Origin: Prorocentrum cordatum
Taxonomy: Eukaryota
NCBI GenBank assembly: GCA_963575745.1
Contig: CAUYUJ010000279.1
Span: 62,001-115,952, forward strand
DNA: 53,952 nt
Direction: 5' to 3'
Numbering within the stretch: the first letter of the stretch is position 1; the number at the start of each line of letters is the position of its first letter. A program made the translations under genes and the position numbers. This document shows, in pieces, positions 1 through 15,679 of the stretch. The notes beneath the pieces are model-generated. The model searched no databases, was not told where the DNA came from, and saw only the letters and a program-made list of their open reading frames with translations.

Positions 1-229
1 GCCCTCCCGGTTCAGGGCAGCAGGGCTGTCCCAAATGGCGGCGTGTTTGGAAAGACCCCGGGGCCGGCTCGGGGTTCCAGGTGCTGCCTTCTCTGACCAC
101 GTCGAGGGGGGAAGGGGGAGGAGGGGGGAGGAGGGCGTCAGGACCCCCTCCACCTCCTGGCCCCAGCTTCTCACACCTACTCACCCACCCTTTTTCCGTA
201 TGGGCAACCCCCTCCCTGTAGCACCCATC

Positions 230-1265
230 GGCGCGTCGGCAAGGCGGGCCACCAAGCAGCATCCTGAAGCGTGGCATTTGCAACAGCGTCGAAGTGGAGG
301 GGGCCATTTTCAAAATGGAGCCCTCGTCTGAGCACCGCGCACATTGGTCTTAGAAGCTTGAAGCAGTACCAAACATGGTGGGCTGCTCTGTTTCCAAGCG
401 GAGCTCTCGGGAGGAGGAGGAGGAGGAGGAGGAGGAGGAGGAGGAGGAGGAGGAGGAGCAGGAGGAGGAGCAGGAGGAGGAGGAGGAGGAGGAGGACGAG
501 GAGGGGGAGGAGGAGGACGCCTTGGCGCCGCTGGCATGCGCCGTGCGAAAAAAGTTGCAACAGCCTCAAGGGTGCAGGGCGGCTCCTTCTCCAAACGGGG
601 TGATCGCCATAGTGCCGCGCGCGTTGCTCCTCCTCCTCCTCCTCCTCCTCCCTCCTCCTCCTCCTCCTCCTCCTCCTCCTCTCTGCTCCTCCTCCTCTCC
701 AGCAGCTTGAGGGAGGGAAGACCGGTCGTTTGCAAAAGGGGGCGCTCAGCCTAGCGCCGCGCGCACTCGTCTTAAAACTGGACAGCTGTTGCACGGGATG
801 TGGGCGGCTCCTTTTCAAAGTGGGGCGCTCGCTTGATACACAATGAAAACTGTAAGGAATCAGACATGTGACCAAAACGCAACACCTGCGCGGATGGAAC
901 TCGGCTGCTCTGTGAACTTGGGAGTTTGCTTGACTGCTTTCGAATGTGAAAACCAGAGCCTGGAATGTATGGTACCTCTGCACGGATGCGGTGGCAACTT
1001 GTGAAACTGGGGCTCTCGCAAGAGAACCCCCGACGCCCATGACGTTGTGCACGTGTGCAGATGACACGTACACAGAGTGGGCGGTTCTTTTGTCTGAATG
1101 GGGATATCCCTAGAGACCCCGTTGCGGTGCACGGTTGTTTGGGCAGCTGCGCAAACGTCCGCAATACTCACTGAAAAAAACGTGCAGAGCGCTCTATGTC
1201 AACGCAGGCTCGTGCCCGAATTGCAGACCCATGTGGGGCTGGTATTTCAATAGGGCGCCTCTTGA
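230..1265 (+). repeat. degenerate ~80-90 bp tandem repeat
   Basis: Recurring AGCRCCGCGCRCA...TTTTCAAA.TGGGGC.CTCG units at ~330, 522, 611, 753, 985, 1075; a related array lies on the opposite strand at ~17040-17340. Confidence 0.5.
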
Positions 1266-1893
1266 AGTGGAGCGACAAGCTTGTAGGGACGTGTGCGGAG
1301 GGGACGTGGGAGGGGAGGGCATTTTGAGAGGAGAGGGTACATTGCAGCTTCTTGCAATAGTTTGGGTGGACTCTCCTCCTCCTCCTCCTCCTCCTCCTCC
1401 TCCTCCTCCTCCTCCTCCTCCTCCTCCTCCTCCTCCTCCTCTCCTTACTCCTCCTCCTCCTCCTCCTCCTCCTCCTCCTCCTCCTCCTCCTCCACCGCCC
1501 CTTCCTCCTCCACTTCCTCCGCCCCCCACCCTGCTCCTCCTTCCTCCTCCCTCCTCATTCCATCTCCCGCCTACCTCCTCCTCCTTCCCTCTGTCTCTCC
1601 TCGGTTTCTCGCTTTCTCGGTTTCTCGGTCAAGGTCCCACTCGTGCCAACGCAAACTAGAACAGAAAAGGAAGAACAAGGGCGCCCGGGTGGCGTGACGG
1701 GCGCGCCTCGAGGCTCAAGCTGTCCTGGCCCATTGTCGTGTCGAGTTGTTTCCCCCCCTCTCTCTCCTCACCCCCCGTCGTCACCGTCCTCCTCCTCCTC
1801 CTCCTCCTCCTCCTCCTCTCCTCCTCCTCTCCTCCTCCTCCTCCTCCTCCTCCTCCTCCTCCTCCTCCTCCTCCTCCTCCTCCTCCTCGGAGC

Positions 1894-1976
1894 CTCCAGC
1901 GCCACGCTGGAGCCTGCGGCTGGCTGCTCCCAAGCGCCGCGCTCCTCGCAGAAGCGGGTGCCCAGGGCGCGCGGGC
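1894..1976 (-). CDS. GH3 gene exon (Fn3-like domain, near C-terminus)
   Basis: (G)PRALGTRFCEERGAWEQPAAGSSVALE, phase-matched to the 13742 exon. CAG|G acceptor, GC donor. The expected final VGxSS exon was not found and is probably outside the window. Confidence 0.75.
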
Positions 1977-2683
1977 CTGCGTGGGGAGTCGGCGGCGCTG
2001 ATGGATGATCGCGCAAGGGAAGAGCTGGAGCGCGAGGAGGAGCAGGAGGAGGAGGAGGAGGAAGAGGAGGAGGAGGAGGAGGAAGAGGAGAGAAGGAGGA
2101 GGAATATGGAGGAGGAGGGAGGATGGGGGGGACGAGGAGGAGGGAGGAGGGTGGGGAGGGGGAGGAGGATGGAAGAGAAAGGGCGAGGGGGGAGGAGGAG
2201 CACGGAACGGAGGACGATGAGGGGGAGGGGGATGAGGAGGAGGAGGAGGGGGAAGACGAAAGAGAAGGAAGGAGGACGAGAACGGAGGGCGGAAGAGAGG
2301 GAAGACGCAGGAGGAGGAGAGGGAGGCCGGGGGGGGCGAGGGGCTCGACAGAGGGAGGAGTGATCAGGGCTGATGTGTACTTGTAGGTATACTGTGAGAG
2401 AGAGGGGAGGATGGAAGAGGATGAGGAGGAGGAGGAGGAGGATGAGGAGGAGGAGGAGGAGGAGGAGGAGGAGGAGGAGGAGGAGGAGGAGGAGGAGGAG
2501 GAGGGGAGAGGGGGAGGGGGAGGATGGAAGAGGAGGATGAGGAGGAGGAGGAGGAGGAGGAGGAGGAGGAGGAGGAGGAGGAGGAGGAGGAGGAGGCGGC
2601 GCGAGGCGCCGCCTCAGCAGGTGCCCAACTTCTGGGAACGAGGGCACAATGCCGAAGCGCCCAGCTGGGCATCTCGACCTCTG

Positions 2684-2859
2684 CGAGGCGGGGATTTATC
2701 CATATCCATCGCCTGGGAACCGACGTCCTGGTGCCCCAGCGGGCGGTGGATATGGATATATGTTGTCCCCTGGGGGTCCAAATATGTCCATATCCACCGC
2801 CTGCCGAGATCCCCGAGATTGATCATCCAGGCGGTGGTCATGTATAAATTCCCGCCTCG
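2684..2859. repeat. nested inverted-repeat element
   Basis: Four copies of (T)CCATATCCAYCGCC in alternating orientation; outer ~32 bp arms CGAGGCGGGGATTTAT... / ...ATAAATTCCCGCCTCG. Confidence 0.75.
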
Positions 2860-3099
2860 GAATCTCTTGCTGAAGATCAAGCCGCTCGGTGTCAGAACAT
2901 CAATGGTTGTACGAATCCTTTAGTGCACATGACTTCTGACTGCCTCTTTCGCGGACGGCTGGGCTGCCTGCCCTTTGCCCGCTTGCACGGCCGGCGCCCC
3001 GCGTTGAAGCTCGGCCTGGAGATGTTTTTACGGCCTTCGTCTGCACAGTCGGGGCGTTGACCTAAGGAACCCTAAATAAGGAACGAGGCCCCGTTTCTC

Positions 3100-5045
3100 C
3101 ACATGTTAAACTTCGATTTCCCGTCGAAAACCGAAGGCGCTCTCATACACACTGCAAAACAACTAAGGAACACTGAGCCCATCCCCAAACGAAAAGGGTT
3201 CCTTCTTCAGCGCCCCGACTGTACTGGGGTTTGCCGCCAATGAGCTGCCCGACACAAGTCAGCGTTTGCCTCACCCGCTGCCAGGACCCCGGGATCATGC
3301 GTAGCATCCTGCGCTGAAGTCTGCAAACTGTGCCGTAAGTATGCGGGCAATGTCCAGCCGGAGGCACCGAGCATCGCCACGGGGGCCACGACGCTGTCGA
3401 ACGGGCGCACGCGACTCGCGACTTGCTAAATAGCACCGCTTGCACGTAAGTTACGGCTTGCGTGCCGTATGTGTTCCCCACGGCTGGCGGATCCGATGCC
3501 CAATGCCCCCCGCGCAAAATCCAGATCCCAACTTCCCAGATAGAATCACGGCTCCCTCTCAAGTTTGTTCTCCGCGTATTGCCCCACCTGGACATGTCCA
3601 TGTTGCACATTCTCCAGATCCCAAAGTTTCGATCCGCATGTCGTGTATCGCAGCGTGTACCTCATTCCCCTCATTGTCCTCATCGTGGCGTTCGTGAATG
3701 TATTCAATGGTATTCATTTGAGTCTGGAGGCCCACCGCGCTGACCTACGCGTGCATGTTGGCAGCCATCTTGTTGATCGGGTACAGCGCAATACCCAGGC
3801 AGGATCACATCATCAGAAACACTTACCATACTCAGGCGCTACCCTGGTGTGCATCCTAAGTATGTGCCATATCGCTTTGTTCGCACACCCACATTCGCGT
3901 TTCTCAGCATATCCTCCAACATTGAACATCAAAGAGCTCGAAGGGTCTCCTTGTTGTGCCACTGAAAACAACAATCAAACCAACGGCTACTAGCCCCCGT
4001 GCGAACCCGAGTTTTGTGTCCGCCGTGCGAGATCTGCAGCATGCTGGTGTCGCCTCAGAAGCCCCCTGCGTTCCACAATCCATGGTGCTCTGGGCAACCG
4101 AGCGCTTCCTGAAAGCCCAGCACTGCAGACTAGATACGTAGCTGTTGCTCGTCTGCGCTCCCGTGAAGCATGGCGACCTTGATGACGTGGTCCCCTGTGG
4201 AAAAAGCCTTCCAAGAAACCTGCTCGATCCATGTCGTGCTGCGGCTCCAAGATCACGGGCAAACGTTTGCATAACAGCCGTGCGAGCAGCATCTGAAATA
4301 TTGGAACCGGGGTAGCTGGCAGATGCACTTGGGCACTCTGCAGGCACCAGATGCGTGCAATACGTTCGTATTAAATTGCCTCCAGAACTCTAGCGGCTCT
4401 CAGACCCGCAATTAATGCCTTTAGTCGTCCAAAACCGAGCCCATGCGTCTAAAAGTACGTCGCCACTATGCAACAACATCTCGTCAACGATACAACCTGC
4501 TGCGCTTTGATTACGCTGTAGCTGTCGGACCACGTGTTCATATCAGACGTCGTGATGCGCGGCGGTGTTTCGGAGTCCGTTGGTGGGTCCTCCAGTCCAG
4601 GAAACGGCGTCACCGCATCCTTTGCCGAGCACAAGTCTTCGCAGAAAGCGGCGAAATATTTAGAGATGTCCCTCCCGTTGGCAACCGTCTTGTCATTTTC
4701 CAGCACTCTCTTCATCAACGATGCTACTACGGAGGTTTGGGCTTGGGCAGCCGAATGAAACTCTCCCCAAACGAACGACTATTCACCGTCGCCGACGATG
4801 TTCGGAGTCATATGATGTATTTCAGGATGTGCTTGCTCAGACACCCCCGCTGTTTAAAATGAGATTCCCCGATCTGGGCTGCAGCAAGATTCCACATCCG
4901 CCCCCGAAGCTCCTCAAATGTGTATCTCTCCGTCTCGGGTCGGTCCTTCTTGTTGCCACCAGCTGCTGTCCACATCGAATTTTCGATGCGATCAAATCGA
5001 TGCGCGCCGTATGCGTGCCATCGTCGTTTGTGTGCAGTCTTTTGT
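3100..5045 (-). pseudogene. degenerate RTE-type LINE ORF2 (reverse transcriptase relic)
   Basis: Frameshifted fragments occur in the correct order: RDISKYFAAFCEDL (linker), PIFQMLLARLLCKRLPVILEPQHDMDRAGF (RT motifs 1-2), AQQGDPSSSLMFN at ~3960-3921, VSDDVIL at ~3820-3800, HRIRQPWG, PFDSVVAPVAMLGASGWTL and QRRMLRMI. Confidence 0.8.
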
Positions 5046-5851
5046 CCTGTAATGGGGAGGAGGGGGGAGAAACATAAGGAAGATGCTGGGACGATGGGGG
5101 ACGAGAGGATCGAGGAGGAGGTGGATGAGGAGGACGAGGAGAATACGGTGAAGGCGTTCGATAAGGAACCCTTCGATAAGGTTTCCAGGGCCTGGACTGG
5201 ACGCTGGTGGAACACCCATTGACACTCGGCGGTGGACATCACCGCCGCCCCCATCAGACGAGGAACCCTCCAGAGTCTGAAACCTCCTGCGCAAATTCCT
5301 TAACGACAACCCCCTCCGTAGTAAAACAGATAGCCGCGTTTTATATTGGACTGGGGAGGATGGAGGAAGAGAAAGAAGATGCGTGCAAGACGAAGGAGGA
5401 GGAGGAGGAGGAGGAGGAGGAGGAGGAGGAGGAGGGAGGAAAAGTAGGAGGGGGAGGGCGGAAGGGAGGGGAGGAGGATGAAAAGGAGGAGGAGGAGGGA
5501 GGAGGAGGAGGAGGAGAAGGAGGGGGATGGAAAGGGGGGAGGGGGAGGAGGCAGGATGAGGAGGAGGAGGAGAAGGGGGAAGGCGGAGGAGGAGGAGGAG
5601 GGGAGGAGTGGAGGATGGAGGAGGGGAGGAGGGGAGGAGGGGGGATGGAGGAGGGGGGAGGAGGAGGAGCCCACGCCTCAAGGGGAGTCCCCATCCCAGC
5701 CGCACCGCTGCCCTGGGCAGCACGAGGCGCACCGCCCTCGGCCCGCGCGGGGCCTGTCCTCAGGCCCTCCTCCGTGGAGTCGAGCAGGTCGCCGATGTCG
5801 TCGTGGTGGAAGCTGGCGTCGCCATTTGACGTGCCAGCGACGGCTGCGCTG

Positions 5852-7972
<2,121 letters not shown>

Positions 7973-10900
7973 AGCCGTGCGCCTGAAGATGAGGCCAGCA
8001 ACGAATGTGCAAGTGTTCGTCCGCAGCTTGCCTCAATGCCAACACCCGCGTAGAGTCGGCCGTGTCCCAAGTTGTCGATAGGTGATGGTGCAGCCGAGTC
8101 CTCCCGACTGACGAACTGTGCCACGCAGCAAGGCACATGCTGGAGCCGAGGTTGCACCTCTCCTGCATCGTCCCAACGGGGGTAGCAAACAGCCCACAGA
8201 ACGCCCAGTATTGGAACACGCGGCTAGAGAACTCTGTACCCCATTGCATCCAGTCGTCGAAGTCACTACAGCCGCTGGGCTCCAAGAAGAGCGAGGGGGC
8301 CCAGTTCCGCGCCCAAGACTCAAGCAGAGCAGCAAATTGTTCCAGTCGGCGCAGCATGATAGGACCAATTCCAGTCGGCGGTATAGCAGAACACCTGACC
8401 TCGCAAAGCGCATCAGGATAACCCACACGACGCGGTAGAGTGTCGTGAAGGAAGCGGCGTCCGACTGGCAGCATATCGCGAATATTGACACACCGTGGAT
8501 GCTCGACCGAAGGTAGTTCAAGACAAATACCAGGCGAAGGACTGGATGGCTCCGGTGGGCGGCGCGTGATCCTGGCGCGCCCAGCCAGAGGCGAAGCCAG
8601 CGCACGTGTCCGCACTGCGCCTCTCAGTGCAGTGAGCAGCAGCTCGGGGGGGACGCGGTGCCGGTGCCGAAGACCATGATACGCGATAGTGGCAAGATGT
8701 GCGTTCATCAAATCCTCATCGAAACAGCCGCGGAGACCCCGACGATCAAAAACGTTCGAAGGCAAGTGACGACGCCCTCCTGACTTAACCATGGCGAGTC
8801 CCCATGCAAGCCCGCGACATTCCCAATAGTGTGCCAAGTCGTCTCGCCCGTCGCAGCACCCGAACAGGCACTGCTTGACACCAGACGCAGACGGGATGCG
8901 AGACGAGGTTAACCATCCGCCACAGAACGCACGAATAATGCTGGTGGACCAGGCAACAGGGTATGACGACAACTTCTTGCGTAGGGCGTCAAAGTCCAGC
9001 GCCTTGATCTCGCTGCCGAGTTGCGGGGACCATTTAAACCACCGTTTGGTGAGGGTGGTGACCAAACGCGAAGTGCAAGTGGACTGCAACGGCTGATGAG
9101 CACCAAAGTACTCAGTTGATAACGCCTGGTACGCAATCCGCTGGGCACGCCTTTTGATTGAGTCATCCCCGACCAAAGCGTTGTGGACGGCAGCAGCACC
9201 TGAAGACGCTGAGACCTTGCAAGCGTCTGACAGGAACTCGGCGAAAGACGGTAATCGCCAGAATGAGGGCGAAAGTCCGCTGCAAAGATCAGCCAAGGCG
9301 CGCTCATCAATCCACCTCGATGATGCTCTTTTCAGGTATGCCAAATACGATGCATGCTCAGGATGCGTGACAATCCCAGGTCGGATGAGCGCAGACTTCG
9401 CTGATATGGCCAAGCACCGTCGGCGGGGCCCACCCCAAGCGCTAAGTGCATGAAAGCCAACCTGCCTCAAGGCCCCACCAGGGAAACGCATCAGCTTCAC
9501 GATCACATGTATGTCTCTTAAGCTTCGCAGGGAGCGGAAGGAATTGTGCCACATAGCCCATGATGGGTAAGCATCTCGTAGTGTAGTTGATGCCATTCAA
9601 ACTCGCAGGCGCCGCAGAGGCAGCGAGGGCGCTGACTCGAGCTCGGTATTTATCCCGCGGCGCCGACCACGACTGAGGTAGCGATGCCGCTGGCCCCATC
9701 CAAATCCCCAGGTGCAGAAGATAATCTTCAACCTTGAAGGTAGACCAGTCCGCTAGCTGCTGCTGCAAGAAGACATGCACACGCTGGCGAAGCTCAGCCG
9801 AGAATGGTCCTGTCAGTGGGACAATCACACACTTAGCAGGTTTGAGCTTCAAGCTGGCCAGCTTGGCTGCCACCGCCATCGCGCGCGATGAGAATTTCAG
9901 ATCGATCATCTCGAAGAGCACTCCCCCGATGTCATCAGCGCACGCTCGAAAGACACCGCGTTGTCGAAGCTCGATCCCATGCCTGATGTCTTCCAAAATT
10001 GGCGAAGCCGCCGCGGCAAACAAGCTTCCAGATAAGGCGCAGCCTGGAATGGTGCCGCACCAGATACGGAAGAGGGGCTTAGTGACCCCTGCAGCTCTGC
10101 CCAATGCAGTGACAATCGCATAGAGAGAGCGTATCGCCTGTAGTAGAGCAGACGGTAGCTGCAGATGCCCAAGAATAATGAAACGGTAACTCTGGCTGAG
10201 GCCGGGGAACGCGCGCCCACAACCCAGTGCCGCAAGCAGCGGCCTCCTCTCCACCGGGTTGGGCATCAGCGAGACGGCCCTGGCTACCACATCGAGCTCA
10301 AGAATAGTTGAGGTGAACTGTCGGCCCGAAATAAAGCTCCGCTGCGCGGCGGATGTGGAGCTCTGCACTATGGGGGCGAGGGCGGCGTTGGAAGTGGCCG
10401 AGATAACTTTCATGTCCGTGTTGCGTAGTCCAAGGGTGCGCACTGTGTCAGGCGACCTGTTGACCCCTCTGTCGTCATCATCTCCAGCTTGACAGCCTTT
10501 AGGAAGAAAAGCTTGAAGAGTGTCACCGCGCTGTGCGAATAACCGCTGCCCGTCCATCATCCATACACAGGCTAGCCAGAGGACCTTCGCGCCCATCTCG
10601 TGTGCAGCCCACGCAGCGCATGGTGGTCCGTCGACGCCAGGAGAGGACCGCGACGGCGCGTGTTTGACAAGCACACGTTGGAGCATCTCGAAGGATGGAG
10701 GGGCAAGCCCATCATACACACATGTGTGAACAGGAAAGTCTTGGGGGGCGGCAGAAATTGGCGCCCAATAGCGCGGGAGCGCATCCAGCTTCTCGACGGG
10801 GTCGGTGTAGGTGATACCATCGACCTCGATGGAGCGCAATACCAACTTCTTTGCGAACGGAGCACAAAGCCGAGCTTTCCGTTGCACCGCCGCGATCGTA

Positions 10901-12231
10901 CCTGCAGAAGGACGCTGGCGCCATTTCCCATGAACAGCAGCATGTTGTAGTCGCTCCATTTCCAGCTCCGCCGATCGATGTTGAATAGGGTCCACCCATG
11001 CTTGAAACGCTGCACATTCTGTGATGATGACCTGTGTGTCTTGTACATGTAAGCATGATCGCGCAACTTCAGAGGCATGGCATACTTGCTGAGCAAGAGA
11101 AGTGTTCTGTCTCCAAACACACCGAACGCTTGACGAACAAAAACCAACTGGGCCTCCAGTGAGTCGCTCTCGTTGACAAAGATACTCTGCATCGCATCGA
11201 GCGCCGCAGCTTGAACCAGGTCGCTGTAACGTAACAGTTGCCTCGGCGGCGACATGCCCAATAATAACTGCCCATCGTTGACAAGCAGCGCGCTTAGCCG
11301 CCGCCGGAACTCAGGTCGTTTGAAGATATGCGCAGGGACTGGCTTCCAGTAGCAGCCTTCCAGGTCACGATGTCGAATGTGAACCCTGATCGCCGCGTGG
11401 TCTGCGAGCTCCTTGGCGCGCATCCCCTCGGGCGTGGAGGTCACCGACACGGGGTGCTGGAGTTGGCGCGACATCCAATTCGGTTCAGACAGCCAGAGCG
11501 CGTCGATCTGCGACACTGTCTTCGTGTCCTGGCAGTAGTGGGTCGGACCCTCAGACGCTATCTCTAACATGCGATCAAAAACCGAAGACCAGAGCCTTGC
11601 ATGGGAGCGAGAGTCATTCGTAATCTGTCTTGGCTTAGCTGCCGTCGGTTGTGCCCAGTGGAGCGCATCATGGGCCGCAAAGTTGAGGCCGCCGCATACA
11701 GCGACTAACCGAGAACTGTGACTGAGCGACGCCCACTTCAAATCATCCTGCATAGTCCTGATCACCTGCTGAGCTTCCGCCACAGAGAGACCAGGACTGT
11801 GAATATTGTAGCGTCGAATCTCAGCGCACGAGCCAACCAAGCTTGTCCGCTGCACTCTGCCCCTGATGAGAGGAGCGGACGAAGAGGCTCGAGCTGAAGG
11901 TGCAGAAAGCGGCACAATCGTGGCGACACCGCCACGGCCACGACCTGACTCATCATCTCCATCACGCACAAATTCGAAGGAACCGAAGACCGTAGCTGAT
12001 GGTGCGAATCTGCGCATGAAAATTTCCAGCTCGCCCTGGGGCTGGCGAACCTCTTCGATGGCGACGGCAGAGGACGATATGCCGAGCAAGTCCAGGTAGG
12101 AGGCCTTGCTCATCGGGCGCGCGCCACGAAACTGCAACAGAGCCCGATCATTCCACGACGCGAACGTGAGCTCTTGACACCGCGGCGCGGGGCCACCATC
12201 AACCTTGTGGTAGAAGATGTCATCGTACTTG

Positions 12232-13587
12232 CTAAAGAGACCATTCTGGCTCCGCGTTGGACTTGAGGATGTGGCCGATCGACTTGTCAATCCCAGCGCG
12301 CGTCCAGCCACGGGAGGTGAGCGCAACGTCGTGAAAGTGGCAGAGCGCGGGGTCACGGCCAGGCTGAGGTTCCAGGCGCAGCACAGGGTTCCAGTTTTCA
12401 GAAAGCCAACCATTATGTCGATCGAAGAAGAACTTGCACTGTGGATGCTCCTGGCGGAGCACGTTCGTGACTTTCTTGCCAGCGATCTCGAGCTTGATCT
12501 GGTGCGGAGACTTGTCTGGCCCACTGCGCAGCTGCGTTGAGCCACCCGACGCGGCTGGCACGGGGAAGCGCATCCACTGGCCTTGACCGAGGCGTAGTGC
12601 TGCGAGGGCCTGGGACACACGCTTGCAGGCGAGGCCGACAGCACTTGTAAACTGAATGACGAAAATGCGGTCCTGTTCATCTCCTTCGATATTGAAGCCG
12701 TCGATCTTGGCGTCCTGGAGCAACTTCTCGACTGAGGCGACCACCTCCTTCTTACAAACCATCGTAGGCGCGACAGCCTTGAGGATGGTGCCGTCGATAT
12801 TACGCTGGAAACCAATACCAGCGGGCTTGGGAGGCTGCGGGACTTTGTTGGCCATAGCAAGCTCCTTTCGCATTTCCTCCAGAGGGTTCTGCATGTCGGC
12901 GAACTGCTTGGCAAGGGTCTCAGTGCGGGCGTCCACGTCGTTGATTTTGGCAGCCATTGTGTCCAACTGACGCTGGATACGTTGCTCGAGATCGTTGACT
13001 TCCAGACGCAAATGGGCTTCCATTTCGTTCTTGCAGTTCCCAGGGACTGCCTTGATCGCGTTCTCGAGTGCACGGACAGCCGCCATGACTGGGTCCACAG
13101 CTTTGCCAGCTGCGTCGGCCGCAGAGGTAGATGCAATCGTGGCCAGGTCATCCTTGAGGGTCTTGAACTCGAGCGGGAGGAGCTTGCCAAGCTGTTCGGC
13201 AATGAGGCCGTTGATGTGGGCACCCCAGTCATCGTCGGCCATGTCATATGCATCATCTTCTGCGTCTGAGATGTTACGGCTCGACCTCGATCGATCATCG
13301 TCCACCCGACCGCCAGCAGGAACATTATCATCAGCACACCCGCACAACCGCTGGACGCCCCGCTGCAGGGGGCTTCTTCTTGCGCTTGGGAGCACTGCCA
13401 TTCGGGGGCCTGCGCAGGTCGTGCGCGCCAAGGCTGGACGCCTTCGGGCCGACAGGAACGGGAAACGCCTCCGTTTACCCACCGGCCCGAGCGCAGGGAA
13501 GGTGGACGAGAGAAAACGCCAGACTTCAGGAAGTCTTGCCAGCCGCGGACTAGCGGTACCCGCTTGGTTCCCAAGGGGAACCTGCAT
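12232..13587 (-). CDS. LINE ORF1 (coiled-coil protein, 451 aa)
   Basis: Intact ORF with a heptad-rich centre (LEVNDLEQRIQRQLDTMAAKINDVDARTETLAKQFADMQ) and a globular C-terminus; directly precedes the endonuclease. The true start may be an internal Met. Confidence 0.78.
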   Translation of the reverse strand: MQVPLGNQAGTASPRLARLPEVWRFLSSTFPALGPVGKRRRFPFLSARRRPALARTTCAGPRMAVLPSARRSPLQRGVQRLCGCADDNVPAGGRVDDDRSRSSRNISDAEDDAYDMADDDWGAHINGLIAEQLGKLLPLEFKTLKDDLATIASTSAADAAGKAVDPVMAAVRALENAIKAVPGNCKNEMEAHLRLEVNDLEQRIQRQLDTMAAKINDVDARTETLAKQFADMQNPLEEMRKELAMANKVPQPPKPAGIGFQRNIDGTILKAVAPTMVCKKEVVASVEKLLQDAKIDGFNIEGDEQDRIFVIQFTSAVGLACKRVSQALAALRLGQGQWMRFPVPAASGGSTQLRSGPDKSPHQIKLEIAGKKVTNVLRQEHPQCKFFFDRHNGWLSENWNPVLRLEPQPGRDPALCHFHDVALTSRGWTRAGIDKSIGHILKSNAEPEWSL

Positions 13588-13609
13588 CCTGAGCCAAAAT
13601 GGCTACGGA
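13588..13609 (-). other. dinoflagellate spliced leader relic (21/22 match)
   Basis: TCCGTAGCCATTTTGGCTCAGG versus consensus DCCGTAGCCATTTTGGCTCAAG; immediately followed by an ATG at 13587. Confidence 0.95.
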
Positions 13610-13741
13610 AGAGGAGGAGGAGGAGGAGGAGGAGGAGGAGGAGGAGAGGAGAGGAGGAGGAGGAGGAGGAGGAGCTGGAGGACAAGGAGGACAGTAACAC
13701 CGATGACCGCGCTTGCGTTGCAGCCCCCCGCCCCCGATGGC

Positions 13742-13784
13742 CGACGGCGAGCTGCACCACGGCCTCCTCCCCGGGCTCCAGGAC
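13742..13784 (-). CDS. GH3 gene micro-exon (Fn3-like domain)
   Basis: 43 nt, VLEPGEEAVVQLAV(G). Joined to the previous exon it gives AFARTR-VLEPGEE, the LxPGE motif. AG|G acceptor, GC donor. Confidence 0.85.
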
Positions 13785-14289
13785 CTCGGGGCGCCGAGGC
13801 GTGCAGGGTTCCCCCCGCAGAGGGGCGGCCCCCACGAGACGGGGGGGGGAGGGGGCCGAGGACGAGGTGGAGCGGGCGGTGGCGATGGGGGCAAAAAGAG
13901 GAGGAGGAGGGGGGCCCTCCTCCTCCTCCCTCCTCCTCCTCCTCCTCCTCCTCCTCCTCCTCCCTCCTCCTCCTCCTCCTCCTCCTCCTCCTCCTCCTCC
14001 TCCTCCTCCTCCTCCTCCTCCCCCTCCTCCTCCTCTTTGTGCCCCCCACGAGCAGGAGGGGCAGGAGGGCGATGGGGGTTAGCGCGAGGAGTGGGGGTGA
14101 ACGGCGAACGAAGGCGGGAGGGGCACGGTGGTGATCGCGAGGAGGAGGAGGAGAACCTGTGCAAACCCAAGGCACATCAGCGTTCTTGGAAGGGATCCTC
14201 CCTCCAAGTTGCCTCCTCGCAAGTCCCTGAGAGAACGTCCCCAAGACGTGCTTGCAATTAGGGGTTCGAACTTCTGTTCTAAGGAACTG

Positions 14290-15644
14290 AGCCGTGCCGT
14301 GTCTTAGGTCTGGCGGCTGTGTGGCCGCCGTCGCCGCCCAATCGCCGCCTCGTCGCCGCCCGTCGTCTGGACCGTGTCTTCGGACTGGCGGCTATGTGGC
14401 CGCCGTCGCCGCCTCGTCGTCGCCCGTCGTCTGGACCGTGTCTGCTGCTCTGGCGGCTATGTTGTCGCCGTCGACGCCCCGTCGCCGCCCCTCGTCTGGG
14501 CCTGTGTGCCAGCCTGGCGGATATATCATTTCCGTGTCCGCCCCGTCGCCGCCTCGCACAGATTACACCGCAGAGATTGCACCACACAGATAGCACCGCA
14601 GATATTGCACCCCTATATATTGTACCACATAGATTATACCACCTAGATTGCACCACATATATTGGGCCGCATAGATCGCACCACCTAGATGGCACCACAT
14701 ATATTGACCCACGTATATTGCACAGCATGAGTTGCAGCGCGTAGATTGTGTCGCGTTGGTTCTCCTTTCTAACAAATAGGTTCTACCACCCTCCCCCCCG
14801 GGGTTAAATACCCCCGGGACCAGATGGAAAACACATGGGATTCTGACCCAATGTCCATCCTACCTGTGAATTTATTCTATCCCAGCCAAGCCAGTATCGA
14901 ACCGCCCCGCCATCCTTTGCAAAAAAGAACAATGCGCGCACACTCGTTTATCAAAAACCATAAGTTGACAAAAATCTCTGACACAAAAACACGACGAAGT
15001 GCACACGCGCGCGTCGTCGCGCGCGCATGCCGGAGTCCTTCAAAAACCTTCGGTTTCGGAAGGGTTCCAAAATCGATTTTCCAACAAACATACAAAAACA
15101 CAGGGGTTTCGCAACACTGCGTTTTCTAAAAAAGATTGCGCGCGCGCTCTTGCGAAATCTTAAAAAGACAATGGTTTTTCAAGGTTTTCAAAAAAAACTA
15201 CCAAACGGGCTTCGAGCGCGCGCATGTCGAAATCTTTCGAACGCCCTTGCGCGCGTGCCGTCGCGACAACCCTGCCGAAGTGCGCGCGCGCGCGCGTCGT
15301 CGCGCGCATGCCGAAATTCTTCAAAAACCTTCAGTTTCGGAAGAATTGACAAATCGAGTGCCCAAAAACAAACCAAAAGAACCGGTTTCGCAACGCGGAT
15401 CTTCAACAAAAGCGTGCGCGCGGGCTCTTGCATCGTCGTCGTAGTCGACGCCGTCCTCCCTCCTCCCTCGTCGTCGTCGTCGTCGCCGTCTTCTTCTGTC
15501 GTTGCTCGTCGTCGTCGTCGTCGTCCTCCTCTTTGGCGTCGTCGTCGTTTCCGTTGTCGTTGTCGCCGTGGTCCTCCTTCCTCCTCTCTCGTCGTCATCG
15601 TCATCCGTCGTCGGCGTCTCGTCGTCGTCCCTCCTATTTCGTCG

Positions 15645-15679
<35 letters not shown>

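Noticed and set aside
1712..1723. GGCTCAAGCTGT as a fourth SL relic
   Set aside because: Only 8 nt match the SL and nothing coding follows; compatible with chance.
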